The notes: generated by a model not told the origin, from the sequence alone. 64,000 nt of DNA from Chiloscyllium plagiosum (GCF_004010195.1 NC_057719.1:59833088-59897087), one strand, 5' to 3'; counted from the first letter of the stretch, positions 39,982-53,387 are shown. Translations and numbers: made by a program.

Positions 39982-41979
39982 ATCTTGGAAACTGGGAAAA
40001 GTTGTTTTATGTTGTGATCCATGGAGTAGTGGGTCTAGACTGACAGTCCTCACCTCAAGCCTCAGTCATAATAGTACTTGGTCTATCACTGCAATTAGCA
40101 CTTGGACTATACACTGGATTTAATAACAACCTGGATTTGGGGTTTTCCAAAACAATTGCAAGCAAATACATTCATTCATTAATCAAAAGACTTGGAGACT
40201 GGATATGCATCTTCTTACTATGAAATTAATGCTTGGATGCATATCATTGAGTTGTCTATGGCTGATTTTATGAAACTGGAAACAGCTTTGGAAGATTGGA
40301 ATGTAATTGTCAAAAACACCTTGAATTTGAATTAATTTAATCATAAAAAAATGACATTTAGAAATATAAGGAAACTTTTCACCTACGAAGATGTCAACCT
40401 AATATAATGTTCCTGAATATGTTTTAAAATTATAGAAGTTGCAACCCTGTTAACCTCACAACTTTTTGTGAGGTTAGAATAATATATATATATTACGTAT
40501 TCTTTTTTTTAACTTGGATACCTCAACACTATCTATTAGTATATACCGCACTTGATGATTCAAAAGCAAAGATCAAGCTTTGGATTTGTAATCCCATGTA
40601 CAGGGACAAGTTAGATAACTCAGGAATCACCAACCTAGAAGTATAGTATTCCCCTCATGGATTTAAAGAAATGCAACGTTCTGTAAATGCGTACTATGCG
40701 TCCATTTTTGTTGAACAGTATTTGTTTTGTAATAAGTGTTACTGGGCATCAAATAAAAGAATTTAATGACCTCAAAAATTCTTGAAATTTGAAGGACAAA
40801 CAACAAATATTAAAGAGACATAATATGGAATCTTGCCAGGCCCTGAATGATTTGGGGTACGATGAAAAATTCGGGAGAATCAAGTGAAAAATTGAGCAAG
40901 GCCTTTTTCGATGTCAGAAGCAACAAGGTGCATTTTTCAAATATCCTGCAGATGTCAAGACAGGATTTGCACTAGTGAGTAGTGAGACGTCTATTAATTA
41001 GGATTATCATTCATTTTCACACCCATTATTATCTAATCTCATTTCACTAAAATGCAGGTTCTCATTCTACTACCTAAACTGCAAAGATTCTTCACATGAA
41101 AGTCAATGTAATTTCAGCTTGCCACTTTCTCCTCAAAATCTTTACCTTGGACACCCAGAACCAACCTCTCAGGGCACAACCCATGGACAACACCCACATG
41201 CACCCACAACCATGAATATTGGTTTTGGACACATGCTAGCCTCGTGATACCAACATGACTTATCCCCTATCCACTGACAGTAGGTTTCAACATTGCTATG
41301 CTGCACTTTGGGGTGCACCGACAACTCGCATTGCAAAATTGCTGCAAGCTGAAAATGTGTTGCTGGAAAAGCGCAGCAGGTCAGGCAGCATAAGCCCGAA
41401 ACGTCGATTCTCCTGTTCCTTGGATGCTGCCTGACCTGCTGCGCTTTTCCAGCAACACATTTTCAGCTCTGATCTCCAGCATCTGCAGTCCTCACTTTCT
41501 CCTCGAATATTGCTGCAAGGTCAGGAATGTTATATAAGGTTGCTGACTTGGTTGGTGAAAAGTTTCCTGATATTTCTAAAGGTGAAAGTACAGGCTTTTG
41601 AATATGAATTTTTTTGACTAAATTAATTCAATATTTTTGACAATTATATTCAATTCTTCCAAAGCTGTTTCCAATTTTATAAAATCAACTACACAGAACT
41701 CAGTGATGTGAATCCAAGCATTAATTTCATGGTAAAAATTGCATATCTAGTGCTGCAAGTATTTTGATTAGAGAATGAATATATTTGCTTGCAATTGTTT
41801 TGGAAAACCCCAAATCCAGGTTGTTATTAAAACCAGCATAAAAGCCACATGCTAATTATACTTGCAATGATAGATCAAGTACTATTATGACTGAGGCTTG
41901 AGGAGAGAACTGTCAGTCTAGACCCACTACTCCATGGATTGCAACATAAAATAAAAATACTTTTCCCAGTTCCCAAGAT
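39982..41979. repeat. Long inverted repeat pair, arms ~39982-40351 and ~41601-41979
   Basis: Arms are reverse complements, including a 50-nt perfect block at 40119-40168 / 41782-41831. Confidence 0.92.
41347..41508 (+). mobile_element. PLE family A short insertion with inverted 5' arm
   Basis: TSD attgctgcaag at 41338-41348 and 41509-41519. Confidence 0.9.
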
Positions 41980-43299
41980 GTCCAATTACCTACCTTATCT
42001 ATGTCAGGTTTTCGATAAAAAGAAATATCAACCAGATTTCTTTAATAAATGTAATTATTAATTTATTTTTAAATCAAAACTTAGTCAATGAAGATGCAAT
42101 AACTGGTTAACATATACTGTTGACATATGGAAGTATAAATATTTATTTTCCAATTAACCAAAAGCGTGTGAGCACATACAGGTGCATACACACACACACT
42201 TGGGGAAAAGAGGGATAAAATGGGAATTTTGTAAGAGAAAGGTGTGGTGCTGGTGCTGCCACATAGGGAAGGGAAAAGAAAAACTCTCTGCCTATTGGGT
42301 TGTTCTTCAAGGCAAAAAGGAGAAAGATAAAAAACATTCTTGACTGTTATTCTGATGTTCTTACCCATGTGGTCAAGTCTTGGCAGATACTTTTTTCTAC
42401 GGTGTTTTTCAGAAACATTCTTTTGATTACTTTTTCAGAAAACAAATAACTTTCAAACTGAACTCAACATGAGAATTATTTTAACAGAAATGGGAGGCAT
42501 CAGCTGGCCAGCTCTTCTTCACAGGCTTCCTGTTTGTCAAATAATTCCAGAACACAAAGCATTCTCTTTCTTATCCTTGTTCAAAAAGCCACAGCAAGTG
42601 TCCACAGCAAAGCAAGCAATTCTCACCAGTCATGTGATTTCAGGATGCATTGTTAAACATTATCCAACGTTCACAGCTACTTTTCAATGAACACTTTCAA
42701 ATAAACGATTCTGGGTGTTTCCACAGAACTTGAAATAAAATCAATTTTCCCACAATCCTTCAAAAACTAATCCCTCCAAAATATTAAACATGAAGCATCT
42801 TCATAACAATAATTTAATAAATCATTAGGGACAATGGATATTTATATATATATATTCGATTCCCACAAAATTACCAAAGCTCAAAGACACCCTATGTGGC
42901 AGTACCAGCCCCACACTATACCCTGGAACACTTTTCATATACCAGGTGACATCCTCAAGTATGATGAAGAGTCACTGGACAGTAAAAATCAACTGTGCTT
43001 CTTTTTCTTTTACTGATGAGTCTCTCCAGTTCTTCCTCTTTTTGTGTTTTCTTAAAGTGCTTGACATTCTTCAACGTGTTTCATTGTGAAGTGTGGGTTA
43101 AACAATCATTAAAAATTAAAATATATTCGCACATTCAGTCTCATTCACTCCTTACATGTAATCTACACAGTTATCTTTGATAGTAAGTTACACCCTGAAG
43201 CATGAACAATTTTTAAGAAATTAGTTTGTAATAGTAAACTCAACAGAGTGGTCTGGAATTTTGCTTTTTGCACTTTTCCACAAAAGCTGGGAGCTTATG

Positions 43300-44395
43300 A
43301 TCAGTGTAAAAAATATCTCTCTGCAGCCAAGGTGGACATTTTTCTTTTTTCACTGCAGAGTATCTGATTAGATGTTGATTCAGCTTTTTAGCAAAGTATC
43401 CTTCTGTGTTCTTTATACCTGACCCATCTCACTCCCAGATCATGTGCATCAATCACATATTTAGTGAAACTTGGTGCAGCCGACAGTGATCCTTTTATTC
43501 AAAATAGTTTTCAACTCCTCAGAAGATGCCTACTACTCCCCTGACCATACTATTTTGGCTTTCCTTTGGACAAAAGCTATCAGTGGAGCAACTATAGTGC
43601 AATCATAGATATCAACTTGTGATAAAACCATATATCCCTAAAAGTCACCTGGGGAAGAACTGACCTAGTGGTTTGATCACTGAACTACTAATCTAGAGAC
43701 ACAGTTAATGTGCTGGGGATGCAGGCTCGAATCCTGCTATGGTAGAATTTAAATTAATTTTTTAAAAATCTGTAATTAACAGTCTGATGAAGAATCTATT
43801 GTTGATTGTTGGAAAAACTCACCTGGTTCACAAATGTCCTTTAGGAAGGAAACTGCCATCCTTATATGGTCAACCTACACATGACACCAGAGTCCAACCA
43901 CATAACAATATTGTTGACTCTTAGCACTCTCTGAGCCATAAATGAGACTCCCTCATCCATGAATGAATTTTGAAAAAACTTATTGTTCCGTTTTAGGAGC
44001 AGGGAACTCCACCAATGCTTTTATTGGCAACTTCTATCTTTGTACTTCCTGGCTAGGTTACTCTCACTTTCACAGATTCACTTCGTGTAAGATTTATCAC
44101 TGAATCAACTGACTATAATTTCCTAAACAGAGTTTCCCGATGTTCCATGTGGTCATTGCAAATATCTTGGTATACCAATACATCATCAAAGTAAACCACA
44201 TGGTTAGGAACACTGGCTACGACTTGATACATAGGTCTCTGGAAAATGCTACAGCATTACTTCTGACTCAGAGTCAGAAAAGCCAATCTGGTTTGACAAG
44301 ACCTCATTAGCTCAGAGTATTAAAAGAACTTGCCTTTTAACAAATCGATTTTAATAAAAAATCTGTCACTACCACCTACCACTTCTGCATCACCT
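43300..44395 (-). mobile_element. Gypsy/Ty3 pol remnant (RT and RNase H)
   Basis: Minus strand KIDLLKG, IFQRPMYQVV...VVYFDDVLVY...HMEH, AAPSFTKYVIDAHDLGV. Confidence 0.78.
43651..43978 (+). mobile_element. tRNA-headed SINE (family unassigned) inserted in the Gypsy remnant
   Basis: tgacctagtggt (A-box-like), ggctcgaatcc (B-box-like), ctggttcacaaatgtcctttaggaaggaaa, tail catgaatgaat plus A-run. Confidence 0.7.
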
Positions 44396-44848
44396 TTTGT
44401 ACCTGATACTGGAAGACACTTTGGAATTGCCACAAAAATGCACCTAACTGTAAGCAGCAGTGACATGATTTGTGATGTTCAAGAATGGCATTTACGGGAG
44501 GTGGTATTGTTATGTGGATAAATGCCTGAATTATTATCCCCCAGTATAGCTTTAGCACTTTGGATTGGTAACACACATCCAGATAGTATTACAAAGCTCA
44601 GAGCTCCATGGCATTGTGAAATCTTCAAAGCAAATTTTGTCAGGACATAACGTCACTTCATTATGATTGATGAGAGGAATCAGTAGTACTATTATTGACA
44701 TGCTGTTCTATTCAACATTCTGCACAGATTATCAGCTCGCACATCTGAGATGGCTGGAGGATTCCTCGTGGCCTTGTTGATCCCCGAGGAAGCCTCACTC
44801 CCATTATCTGCAGCTCTTGGAAACACATTGCAAACATGGACTAAAGAT

Positions 44849-44966
44849 GAAGGGCTTTTGCCCGAAATGTTGATTCTCTTGCTCCTTGGATGCTGCCTGA
44901 CCTGTTGTGCTTTTTGAGCACCACACTCTCGACTCTGATCTCCAGCATCTGCAATCCTCACTTTCC
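44849..44966 (+). mobile_element. PLE family A short insertion
   Basis: TSD ctaaagat at 44841-44848 and 44967-44974. Confidence 0.88.
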
Positions 44967-45219
44967 CTAAAGATATCCTAGTCCATCATTAATAAACAGT
45001 GTCATTTCCTGGAGCAGGAGTAATGCTTGGAAGTAATGGGTGTCAATCCCAACCCAGTGCATGTAACCCAGGTTTCATCAGTCCTGAACTTATGCCATTT
45101 GCTTGATCTAAGGAGTGACTGAAGACCTCAGTGCATTTCCCAATTCTTACTCACAAATTCATTCAGGATGAAATAGATGTCACTTTCTCCAGATTTCACC
45201 AGATTAGAGCTTATATACT

Positions 45220-46120
45220 TAGAGTCATAGAGTCGTAGTGATGTACAGCACAGAAACGGACCCTTCGGTCCAACTCATCTATGCCGACTAGATATCCTAA
45301 ATTAATCTAATCCTATTTGCCAGCACCCGGCCCATTTCCTTCTAAACTCTTCCTATTCATTTACTCATCCAGATGCCTTTTAAATGTTGTCATTGTACCA
45401 GTCTCCACCACTTCCTCTGGCAGCTCATTTCATACATACACTACCCTTTGCATGAAAAGGTTGCCCCTTAGGTTCCTTTTAAATCTTTCCCCTCTCATCT
45501 TAAATCTATGCCCTCCAGTTCTGGATTCCCCCACCCCAGGGAAAAGGCCTTGTCTATTGACTCGATCCATGCCCTTCATAATTTTATAAACCTCTATAAG
45601 GTCACCCCTCAGCCTCTGACACTCCAGGGAAACCAGCCCCAGCCTATTCAGCCTCTCCCTATAGCTCAAACCCTCCAAACCTGGCAACATCCTTGTAAAT
45701 CCTTCAAATTTCACAATATCTTTCCGATAGAAAGGAGACCAGAATTGCACAAAGTATTCCAAAAGTGGCCTAACCAATGTCCTGTTCAGCCACAAATATG
45801 ACCTCCAACTCCTATACTCAATGCACTGAGCAATAAAGGAAAGCGTACTAAATGCCTTCTTCACCATCCTATCTACCTGTGACTCTACTTTCAAGGAGTT
45901 ATGAACCTAGACTCCAAGGTCTCTTTGCTCAGCAATACTCCCTGGGACCTCACCATGAATTTGCCTTTCCAAAATGCAGCATCTCTCATTTATCTAAATT
46001 AAACTCCATCTGCCACTCCTCGGCCCATTGACCCAGCTGATCAAGATCCCGTTGAACTCTGAGGTAAACTTCGCTGTCCAATTTTGGTGTCATCTGCAAA
46101 CTGACTAACTATACCTTCTA
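45220..46120 (-). mobile_element. CR1 3' fragment
   Basis: RPLLEYFVQFW, LRGDLIEVYKI, tail (tctatgac)n. Confidence 0.93.
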
Positions 46121-46533
46121 TTTTTGCATCACTTCTTCTGTGAGGTAGCTTAAACAGGCTGGGCAGAGACGTCCTCCAATTTCACTGGCTTTCCTCGTGC
46201 AGAATGTTATAGACTGCATCCATGTTGCTTTGAGAGTGACTGTCACCAATCTGCAGAGTTCATTGACAAGCTTCTATTACATCAATGTTCGACTTATCTG
46301 TGACTATTGGTGCCAGATTTTGAAGGTTTGCATTAGTTATCCATGGTGCTGCCATGATATGTATGCACTAGAGAACTCTTAGGTTCCTGTATCCTTTCAA
46401 GGTTCTCGAGCAATACTGGGTTGACATTAAGGGACAAGTGCCACTCCTTTAAAATGCAGTTGATGACAACACGATTATAAAACCCTCAGACTGACATTGA
46501 ATAGAGATATAATATTGCCTGGGCCTCCACCTG

Positions 46534-46571
46534 GATTCCTGAAGAAGGGCCTGTGCCCGAAACGTCGAATC
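46534..46571 (+). ncRNA. Minimal type I hammerhead ribozyme (family A), all elements intact
   Basis: GAUUC-CUGAAGA-A-GGGC-cugu-GCCC-GAAAC-GUC^GAAUC. Confidence 0.9.
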
Positions 46572-46661
46572 TCCTGTTCCCTGGATGCTGCCTGACCTGC
46601 TGTGCTGTTCCAGCAATAAAGTTTCAACTTTGATCTCCAGCATCTGCAGACCTCACTTTCT
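46536..46661 (+). mobile_element. PLE family A short insertion within the Harbinger transposase
   Basis: TSD cctccacctgga at 46524-46535 and 46662-46673. Confidence 0.92.
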
Positions 46662-47304
46662 CCTCCACCTGGACCACAGTGGAACTGACCATGGGGATCT
46701 TTAAGATAAGGTTTGATGCCTGGAACTCACTGACATGGCCTTGTGATAAAGCCCAAATCATTTTGGCATGCTGTGCTCTTCATAACTGGAGCGGAGAAAG
46801 ACAGAAGTTCTGAATGCAGGTAAGGTGATGAATTGAGAGAAATTTAAAGAAGATGAGGATCAGGATATTGAGACCATGATAGAGTAATTCACTGCCAAGC
46901 ACGAAAGGACAGACGGAACCTTATTGAAATCCACATCTGTTTGCCCTTAACATATAATGCCTCTGGCCTAAGCCATTCATGGCTTTAAAAAAAGTATAAT
47001 CAAAGGGGAGTGGCCAGCTAGCTGAGTAGCTAGCCTTTGTTTAGATTTGAGTTAGTTGCAGCAGCGGATGTGTGAAAAAGGCTCCTGAACTCTCACCTCT
47101 GACTTGAAACCTGTAAGCTTTTTGTGACATTTTTAATCTCTGTGCTAAGGGGTTTGTTTATGGGGATTGTAGCAAGTATTTTTGGAACACCATCATTAAG
47201 TCACTGATGATCTGTCAGGGTTGGATAGGATAGGTTACCCGGTATTCTATTTTCTGATCTCTGGGTTTCATTCTGTAATTTTGTGAATAAATTCTGTTTA
47301 TTTA

Positions 47305-47935
47305 AAATGTATTACGGTGGCAGATAGGATGTTTGAGGACTTGTCTACTGAGGTAGTGTGGGCTGAGGTTAGAAACAGGAAAGGAGAGATCACCCTGTTG
47401 GGGATTTTCAATAGGCTTCTGAATAGTTCCAGAGATGCAAAGGGAAGGTTAACAAAAATAATTCTGGATAGGAGTGAGAGTAACAGGATGGTTGTTATAG
47501 GGAACTTTAACTTTCCAAATATTGACAGGAAACACTCTAGTTTGAATACCTTACAGGCCACATTAAATTTGGTACTGGCCAAGTGTTAGATTTGGAGGTA
47601 GATGAGCACTTTGGTGATAGTGACCACAATTTGGTTATGTTTACTTTAGCAATAGAAAGGAATAGGTATATAACACAGGGCAAGAGTAATTGCTCTGGGA
47701 AAGGCAATTATGATGCGATTAGTCAAGATTTAGGATGTGTAGGATGGGGAAGGAAACTGCAAGGGATGGGCACAATTGAAATGTGGACCTTATTCAAGGA
47801 ACAGCTACTGCGTGTCCTTGATAAGTATGTACCTGTCAGGCAAAGAGGAAGTAGTCGAACGAGGGAGCCATGGTTTAAGAAGTTGAATCTCTTGTCAAGA
47901 GGAAGAAGAAGACTTATTTTAGGATGAGATGTGAA
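47305..47935 (+). mobile_element. CR1 ORF2 APE endonuclease fragment
   Basis: VVWAEVRN, VVIGNFNFPNID, HFGDSDHN. Confidence 0.88.
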
Positions 47936-47939
47936 GGCA

Positions 47940-49198
47940 GGAACACAGTGTAAAGGCCAGGTCCAAGCTTGCAGTGTATGAAGTGCTTTGGAGCTGGTGT
48001 TTATATATATGGTTCGAGGTCAGAAACATTGGCAATTCTTGGCAGTAACATGGACTTCCATCGTTCCTGTTGCATGATGTTAGGAGCTGGGTGCCATAGA
48101 AGCCAGTTGCATAATAAATCCCTCTCCCCATCCCCCAAGATAATATTAAACAGTAAGTTAAAAAAAGGGGTTAATATAAAAAAAATGGGAGATGTAAACT
48201 GGAGTGGGGGGAGAGCAACACAACATCAATTAACTCTTACAATTTGTCTAAGAGAGTCCAAACATTCCTGGGCACTTTTCCAGCGATCCAAAGTTATACA
48301 CGGACCCTTCATGTTTAAAGCATAGCGTCGCTGGGTTGCGCAAGGAGTACTGAATATTTAAGTCCCTTAAACACTTCTTCGCTTCATCAAACGCCTTCCT
48401 CTTTCGGACCAGAGCTGGGGAAAAGTCCTGGAATAACATAATCTTGGATCCTTTATTAATCATGGTTTGGGGATCTTTCCCAAGATTTCTGGAAGCTTCT
48501 AAGAGTATTTGCCTCTACTTATAGCTCTGCAGGTGGAACAGGACAGGGCGGGGGTGCTGGTTCGAGCCGGGCCCGCGTATTGCAACCCGGTAGGCCTATT
48601 CTACCCTTACCTGGCCTGATCCAGCCTCCAGATTTAAAAGCTATGGAAGCCACTGCTCGATAAACGCTGTAAGCTGGCCTTCCTCTTCCCATTCAGGAAG
48701 GCCCAGCAAACAAATATTTTTTCGACGACCTCGATTCAGCTGTAGTTTCGGAGGTCATGGCCTTTAGTTCCACCCCTCCGACTCGGTGCTCAATTTCCTT
48801 GATATCTCGGTCATGCTTTTGTAGCGCGGCTGAGAGTGAGTCCCATCGGTCCGGGACTCTTCGACGAAGGTGTCGATCTTCGCATCGAGTTTAGAGATGA
48901 TTTCCACGAGGCTCGCCACCGTCCCCCGGGGCGGCTGCGGACGCCTCTGCTGCAGCTGGGGAGGGTGGGGGAGGGGTTCCTGCCTGCTGAGAGCTGCGGG
49001 CTCCCTTCCCTTTAGTCATTTTTACTGGAGATTAAATTGTTTAAATTCAGTACTAAGCAACTAATTACATTAAGTAAAAACTATTTTGAATTATTTGGTG
49101 AGTGTGGTGGAGGCGGGTGACCCACTTTGGGAGGAGCACTGTAGACTCAGACTTGCTGGGTTGCCGCCATCTTGGGTTGCCGCCATCTTGGATCCCCC
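47940..49198 (-). mobile_element. L1 5' portion: 5' UTR and decayed ORF1p
   Basis: NRGRRKNICLLGLPE, IMLFQDFSPALVRKRKAFDEAK...PATL; 5' end GGGGGATCCAAGATGGCGG; left boundary uncertain. Confidence 0.88.
49158..49191 (-). promoter_or_regulatory. Tandem YY1-type motifs (CAAGATGGCGGC x2) at the L1 5' end
   Basis: ggttgccgccatcttg duplicated immediately next to the G-run 5' terminus. Confidence 0.7.
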
Positions 49199-52100
49199 GA
49201 AGTAGGATGTTTATTCAATTCAAGGCACATCAAAAATACAATTTGTAGGTGTTTAATTTTGCTTGTTGTCGATTCAAATTATATGAATTGAAAAGGGATC
49301 ATTAACTGAGTGCTTTTTCAGCTAAATGAAAAGTATTGTTTTCTAAACAACAGATTTGTGAAGGCCAACACCTTAGCAGATTTGAAGTTTATGCTAAAAA
49401 TGCTTCAGTGTAATGTATATTCATTAAAATACTTGGAAATCCTCAAATTTCCAAAGCAAGACTTAGACAAAGGACAACATTTTCATCCGCAAATAAAATG
49501 AGTGATGTGACAGGTTTGTGCATAAACAAGATGCATGCAAATGACTTGATTTAAGTATTGTAAATATAACCATGTAGCTTTAGTGTTTATTGCATCAATT
49601 CGTTTAACATTGACAGAAAGTACGCTTTATTGTTTGAAGAACTAGTCATAACTGACGAGGATGTCAAGCATCACTGCAGCTAGGTTTAATAGCTCTAACC
49701 TAAATCACATTTATATTCTGTCAGTCCTGGAACAGCAAAATCAAATCAACATGATTAACATAAACTCACATCAAAATATTGTGTCACTGCTGATATACAC
49801 AGCAATAGAAAGGAGGTGAACCATGTACATTTTCTATGGGTAACAGATCAATCACAACAGATGGTGAATAAGAGTTGCGTCATTCAAATCCAAGACTACG
49901 CATAGAAGACAGCATTACCAAACAGCAGTAACATGTTTTCATGTATTATGTCTTTTATGAATCACTTCTAGTGTATTACTTGTATTTCTATTTCCTGAAA
50001 TGTATCCCTATTTGTGACATCACTTTTTTTTAGGAGCCACAATTGGAAAACAGAGCTTTAAGAAGAAGTTGCAAATTTAATCAAATAGTTTGTTTTCATC
50101 TTAAGGGTGATTTTGAATAATATGTCAAACCTAATAATTGTATCAAAATAAATAAGGTTTCTCCTATATTATCATCCAGGGATAAGTACTAAAGTGGTCA
50201 TTAAAAAATGTTTACAGCAGTTTAATATTTTTCAATATACTCATTTGTAAAAGTAATAATTTGCAAAATTAATTTGAAGATATGTTAAATAAAGCCAATT
50301 ACATTTACAAATAATATCAATACATTACTGATTACATGATTTACATACAAATATAACTCTGCCTTTCATTGACAACTATGACCCTTCAATGAAGTTCCAA
50401 TAAATTTGTTTAGTGAAGGCAGCCACTTTTTCACATGAATTTGGAATACATGCTTTCAATATATAAGTTAGAAATGTATTAAAGATACACATGAAGTTAG
50501 TTAAATAATATCTGTGAATGTTAATACAATTATACTCAATTTGTCAGTTTTTACTTAAACGTAAGCACTCTGCTATCTGCAAACACCTTAGCATATTATT
50601 CTTTATAATCTTTGTGCTTTCTACCTTTCTCTGATTTGCATGTACTTTTACTTTAATTCTATGCTCCAGCACATCCACAATTAAATTCTGACGGTGCTTA
50701 GTAGAATGTTAGATTTGAATATCATGTTGCAAAGATCATATTTCTATCTGGTTCTATTTTTTAAAATAATTGCAAAACTTACAGTTTTAACTTGATATTT
50801 CTTTGGTGCATTTCCATTCATCAACTAGAGTATGTGAGCTCCAGCTAGCTTTTGGCCTTGATTGTGTCAGCAGCAAGATCCAGGACTTACTGAATTAATG
50901 GATCCTTACTTGTGATATATTCTCTTGGCTGTTGCTTACACTACATTCTGACATGATATAACTTTCAAATATATGTAATTCTCCTGAGTTCAACAGAGGA
51001 GATTAACAAGATGGTTTTATCAAGAATGTTCAAAATAACTTTCATAAAGCACAAACCTGTCTGAAAAAGCCATACCTTTAACAAAATAGCCCCCTACCTC
51101 AGGTTAGAGGGGTGAAACACAGCAAAATACTTCTAAAAGTTTAAAACTTTTTTTTAAGTTGAGAGATAGACCTGATGTTTTGCTCCTGAGTCAGGAGTGC
51201 TGTCATGCTGTCCTGCAGCTGACCCCTGGTCCAAACAACTGACCTTAATTGAAAACCTAATCAGCAGTCTGTCTCTGGGCAAGCCTTTTTCTGAACATAC
51301 ACCAATGGTGACACTTGGCCTCAAACATCTTCTCTAGGGCTGACATAACAAAATGAGTTCCAAAAACTTGTCTATAGAAATGAAGCAACTCTTTTCATAG
51401 TCCTTGGTTTATAGAAGTCCTTTCCCAGTTTTGATCCACAATCTAAAATAAAGAAAAATAAAAAGATTTGCTGTCGAAGAAAAAGTTCATTGTTATAATG
51501 ACAGATTATGAAGTCATTGAAGCAGCACAAATCCTCTAACGATGGCCCATAGGCTTATGTGAACAGAGAGAAAAAGCAAGGACTAATGTTTGGACAAGTT
51601 TAAAAAAAAAACTTAATGGCAAGGAAATGTAAATGCCTTGACAGTTTAACAGATCCAATAAATATTACAATATAATTGAGTTTATCTATTTTATACAAAC
51701 AGGTATATCTACTTTTAAAATTCCAAAGGTTTCTTAATCGTTTACGAGGGGCACTTGATCCTTCCTAAAGAAGTCCCTGAACCTATTCTAAAAGGGTACC
51801 TTACCTCGACTAGAGGGTATCCCATCTCTCCAAAGAACCTGTAGGTTTGGATCTGCTTTTGCAAAGCATAACATTCACAAGGTAGACAACCTGGAGTTTG
51901 GCCATCCCATGAATTCTGCTTGAAACCAGCTGTACTTTACATGTGTAGCTGTCTTCATGAACCATCGATGTACAAAGTATGCACTTCTCTTGTTTCCTTC
52001 CAATGAAAGTCATGGGTGCCACACTGTGGAGATGCAGAAGTTTTGGAAGTGGGGCCCTAGCATCATTTTGGCTAAGCTGAGACTCTCTCTATCATGTGTA

Positions 52101-53387
52101 TATTTAGGCGTTGGTCTCCATTACCTTTTTTTTTGGTTTATAATAGATCAGACAGTGAGTCTCAGTCAGTATAGTTGGGTGATTCCTATTTGGGGATTTT
52201 GGTAAATGTTAACTTTAGATTTGCCAGCATGAGTCCACTCTGCCTTTGTTAAGCCTAATAAAGCTCCAAATACAAATACAAATGTTCATTTTTGTTTATA
52301 CGTCTTTCCAGATTGATCTGTTTTAATGGATCACAGCAGATTAAAAGCTGAGTTTGTATTGCTTAGTACATCCCTGAATTTACCTTTTCTTAACTGTGAG
52401 GCTACACAGTAAGTGAATATTCATAGGCTGTTGTAACATGAAGCCATCATATCTGAGGCAAGCCTTAGCCTTACTCAATGTTCATATAAATCCAGTTTCC
52501 ATGAACAGAATCGTGGATAGTGATCAAGCGCTGAATCCATGAATAGTGTTCCATCATTATTCCCCATCCAATTTTGCCTGGTGTTCTTGTGTACAAAATT
52601 ACTGTGGTGCTTAAACAGATAAGCTTTAAAAACAGTTCATTATTTGTGCAGCTAAGGGACATGGTTTCTTTGCAAATGTATTGTCAGGTAGGGGGTGGAG
52701 GGGGCTGTTACTGCTTGGGAAGGGAGACGTGTAAGTGTTAGGAAGGAGGTGTGGTTTGGATTGTGTGAGGTAAGTCTCTTTAACTGTGCATTTAATATAA
52801 TCTAACCTTTTCTGAGTAATTATTTTAGGTAATTTACTGAAACCCTCCAAAGTCTCAGACTTAAATAGAGATTTTTCAGAGGGATCCAGGCATAGAAGAA
52901 ATCCTCAACAGAAAGCTCAATTTTCCAGGCAATTCTTTTCAGTGTGCTACAACCGTGTTTTTACATGACCCCCATGCGCAACTTCTACGCTGAAATATTG
53001 ACTATCCAGCTAACAGATCCAGGCCTACATGAATTGTGTCATGCAGCACCATATCAGGTAATGTATATATTTTGAGGGAGCAGATTAATTCACGGTTCAG
53101 GAAGTTAGGATAGTATGGAAACTATAACAGGACAAAAAGGAACCTACTAAAGACTTACTTGTGTGAGTCAGCTTCAGTGACTTTACGTATAATCCATACT
53201 GATTGCAACCATTCAAGAAGGCAGCTTGCCACCAAGAATTTAAGGAACAGTGGCTTTGCCAGCAACACCAATATCCTGTGATTGAATAAATACAGAGGTG
53301 GGAGGAAGCTCAGTTATGTGACAGTCATAATGGATTGCGTAGGATCTTGAAAATTGAGACAAATGCTAAGACATGTTCTTCATTATC

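Larger units (their letters stand above)
46170..46800 (+). mobile_element. PIF/Harbinger DDE transposase remnant
   Basis: GFP..VIDCIHVALR, INVRLICD, YPWCCHD, NPQT..RYNIAWASTWTTVELTMGIFKIRF. Confidence 0.88.

Noticed and set aside
10712..49198. L1 3' half and L1 5' half as one element split by 35 kb
   Set aside because: Strand and order are compatible, but the outer flanks share no TSD and the endonuclease region is missing; independent copies are simpler
42080..51500. Possible solo LTRs at ~42080-42800, ~47000-47300 and ~50990-51500
   Set aside because: Only a compositional impression; no paired LTR, TG...CA ends or TSD that I could verify
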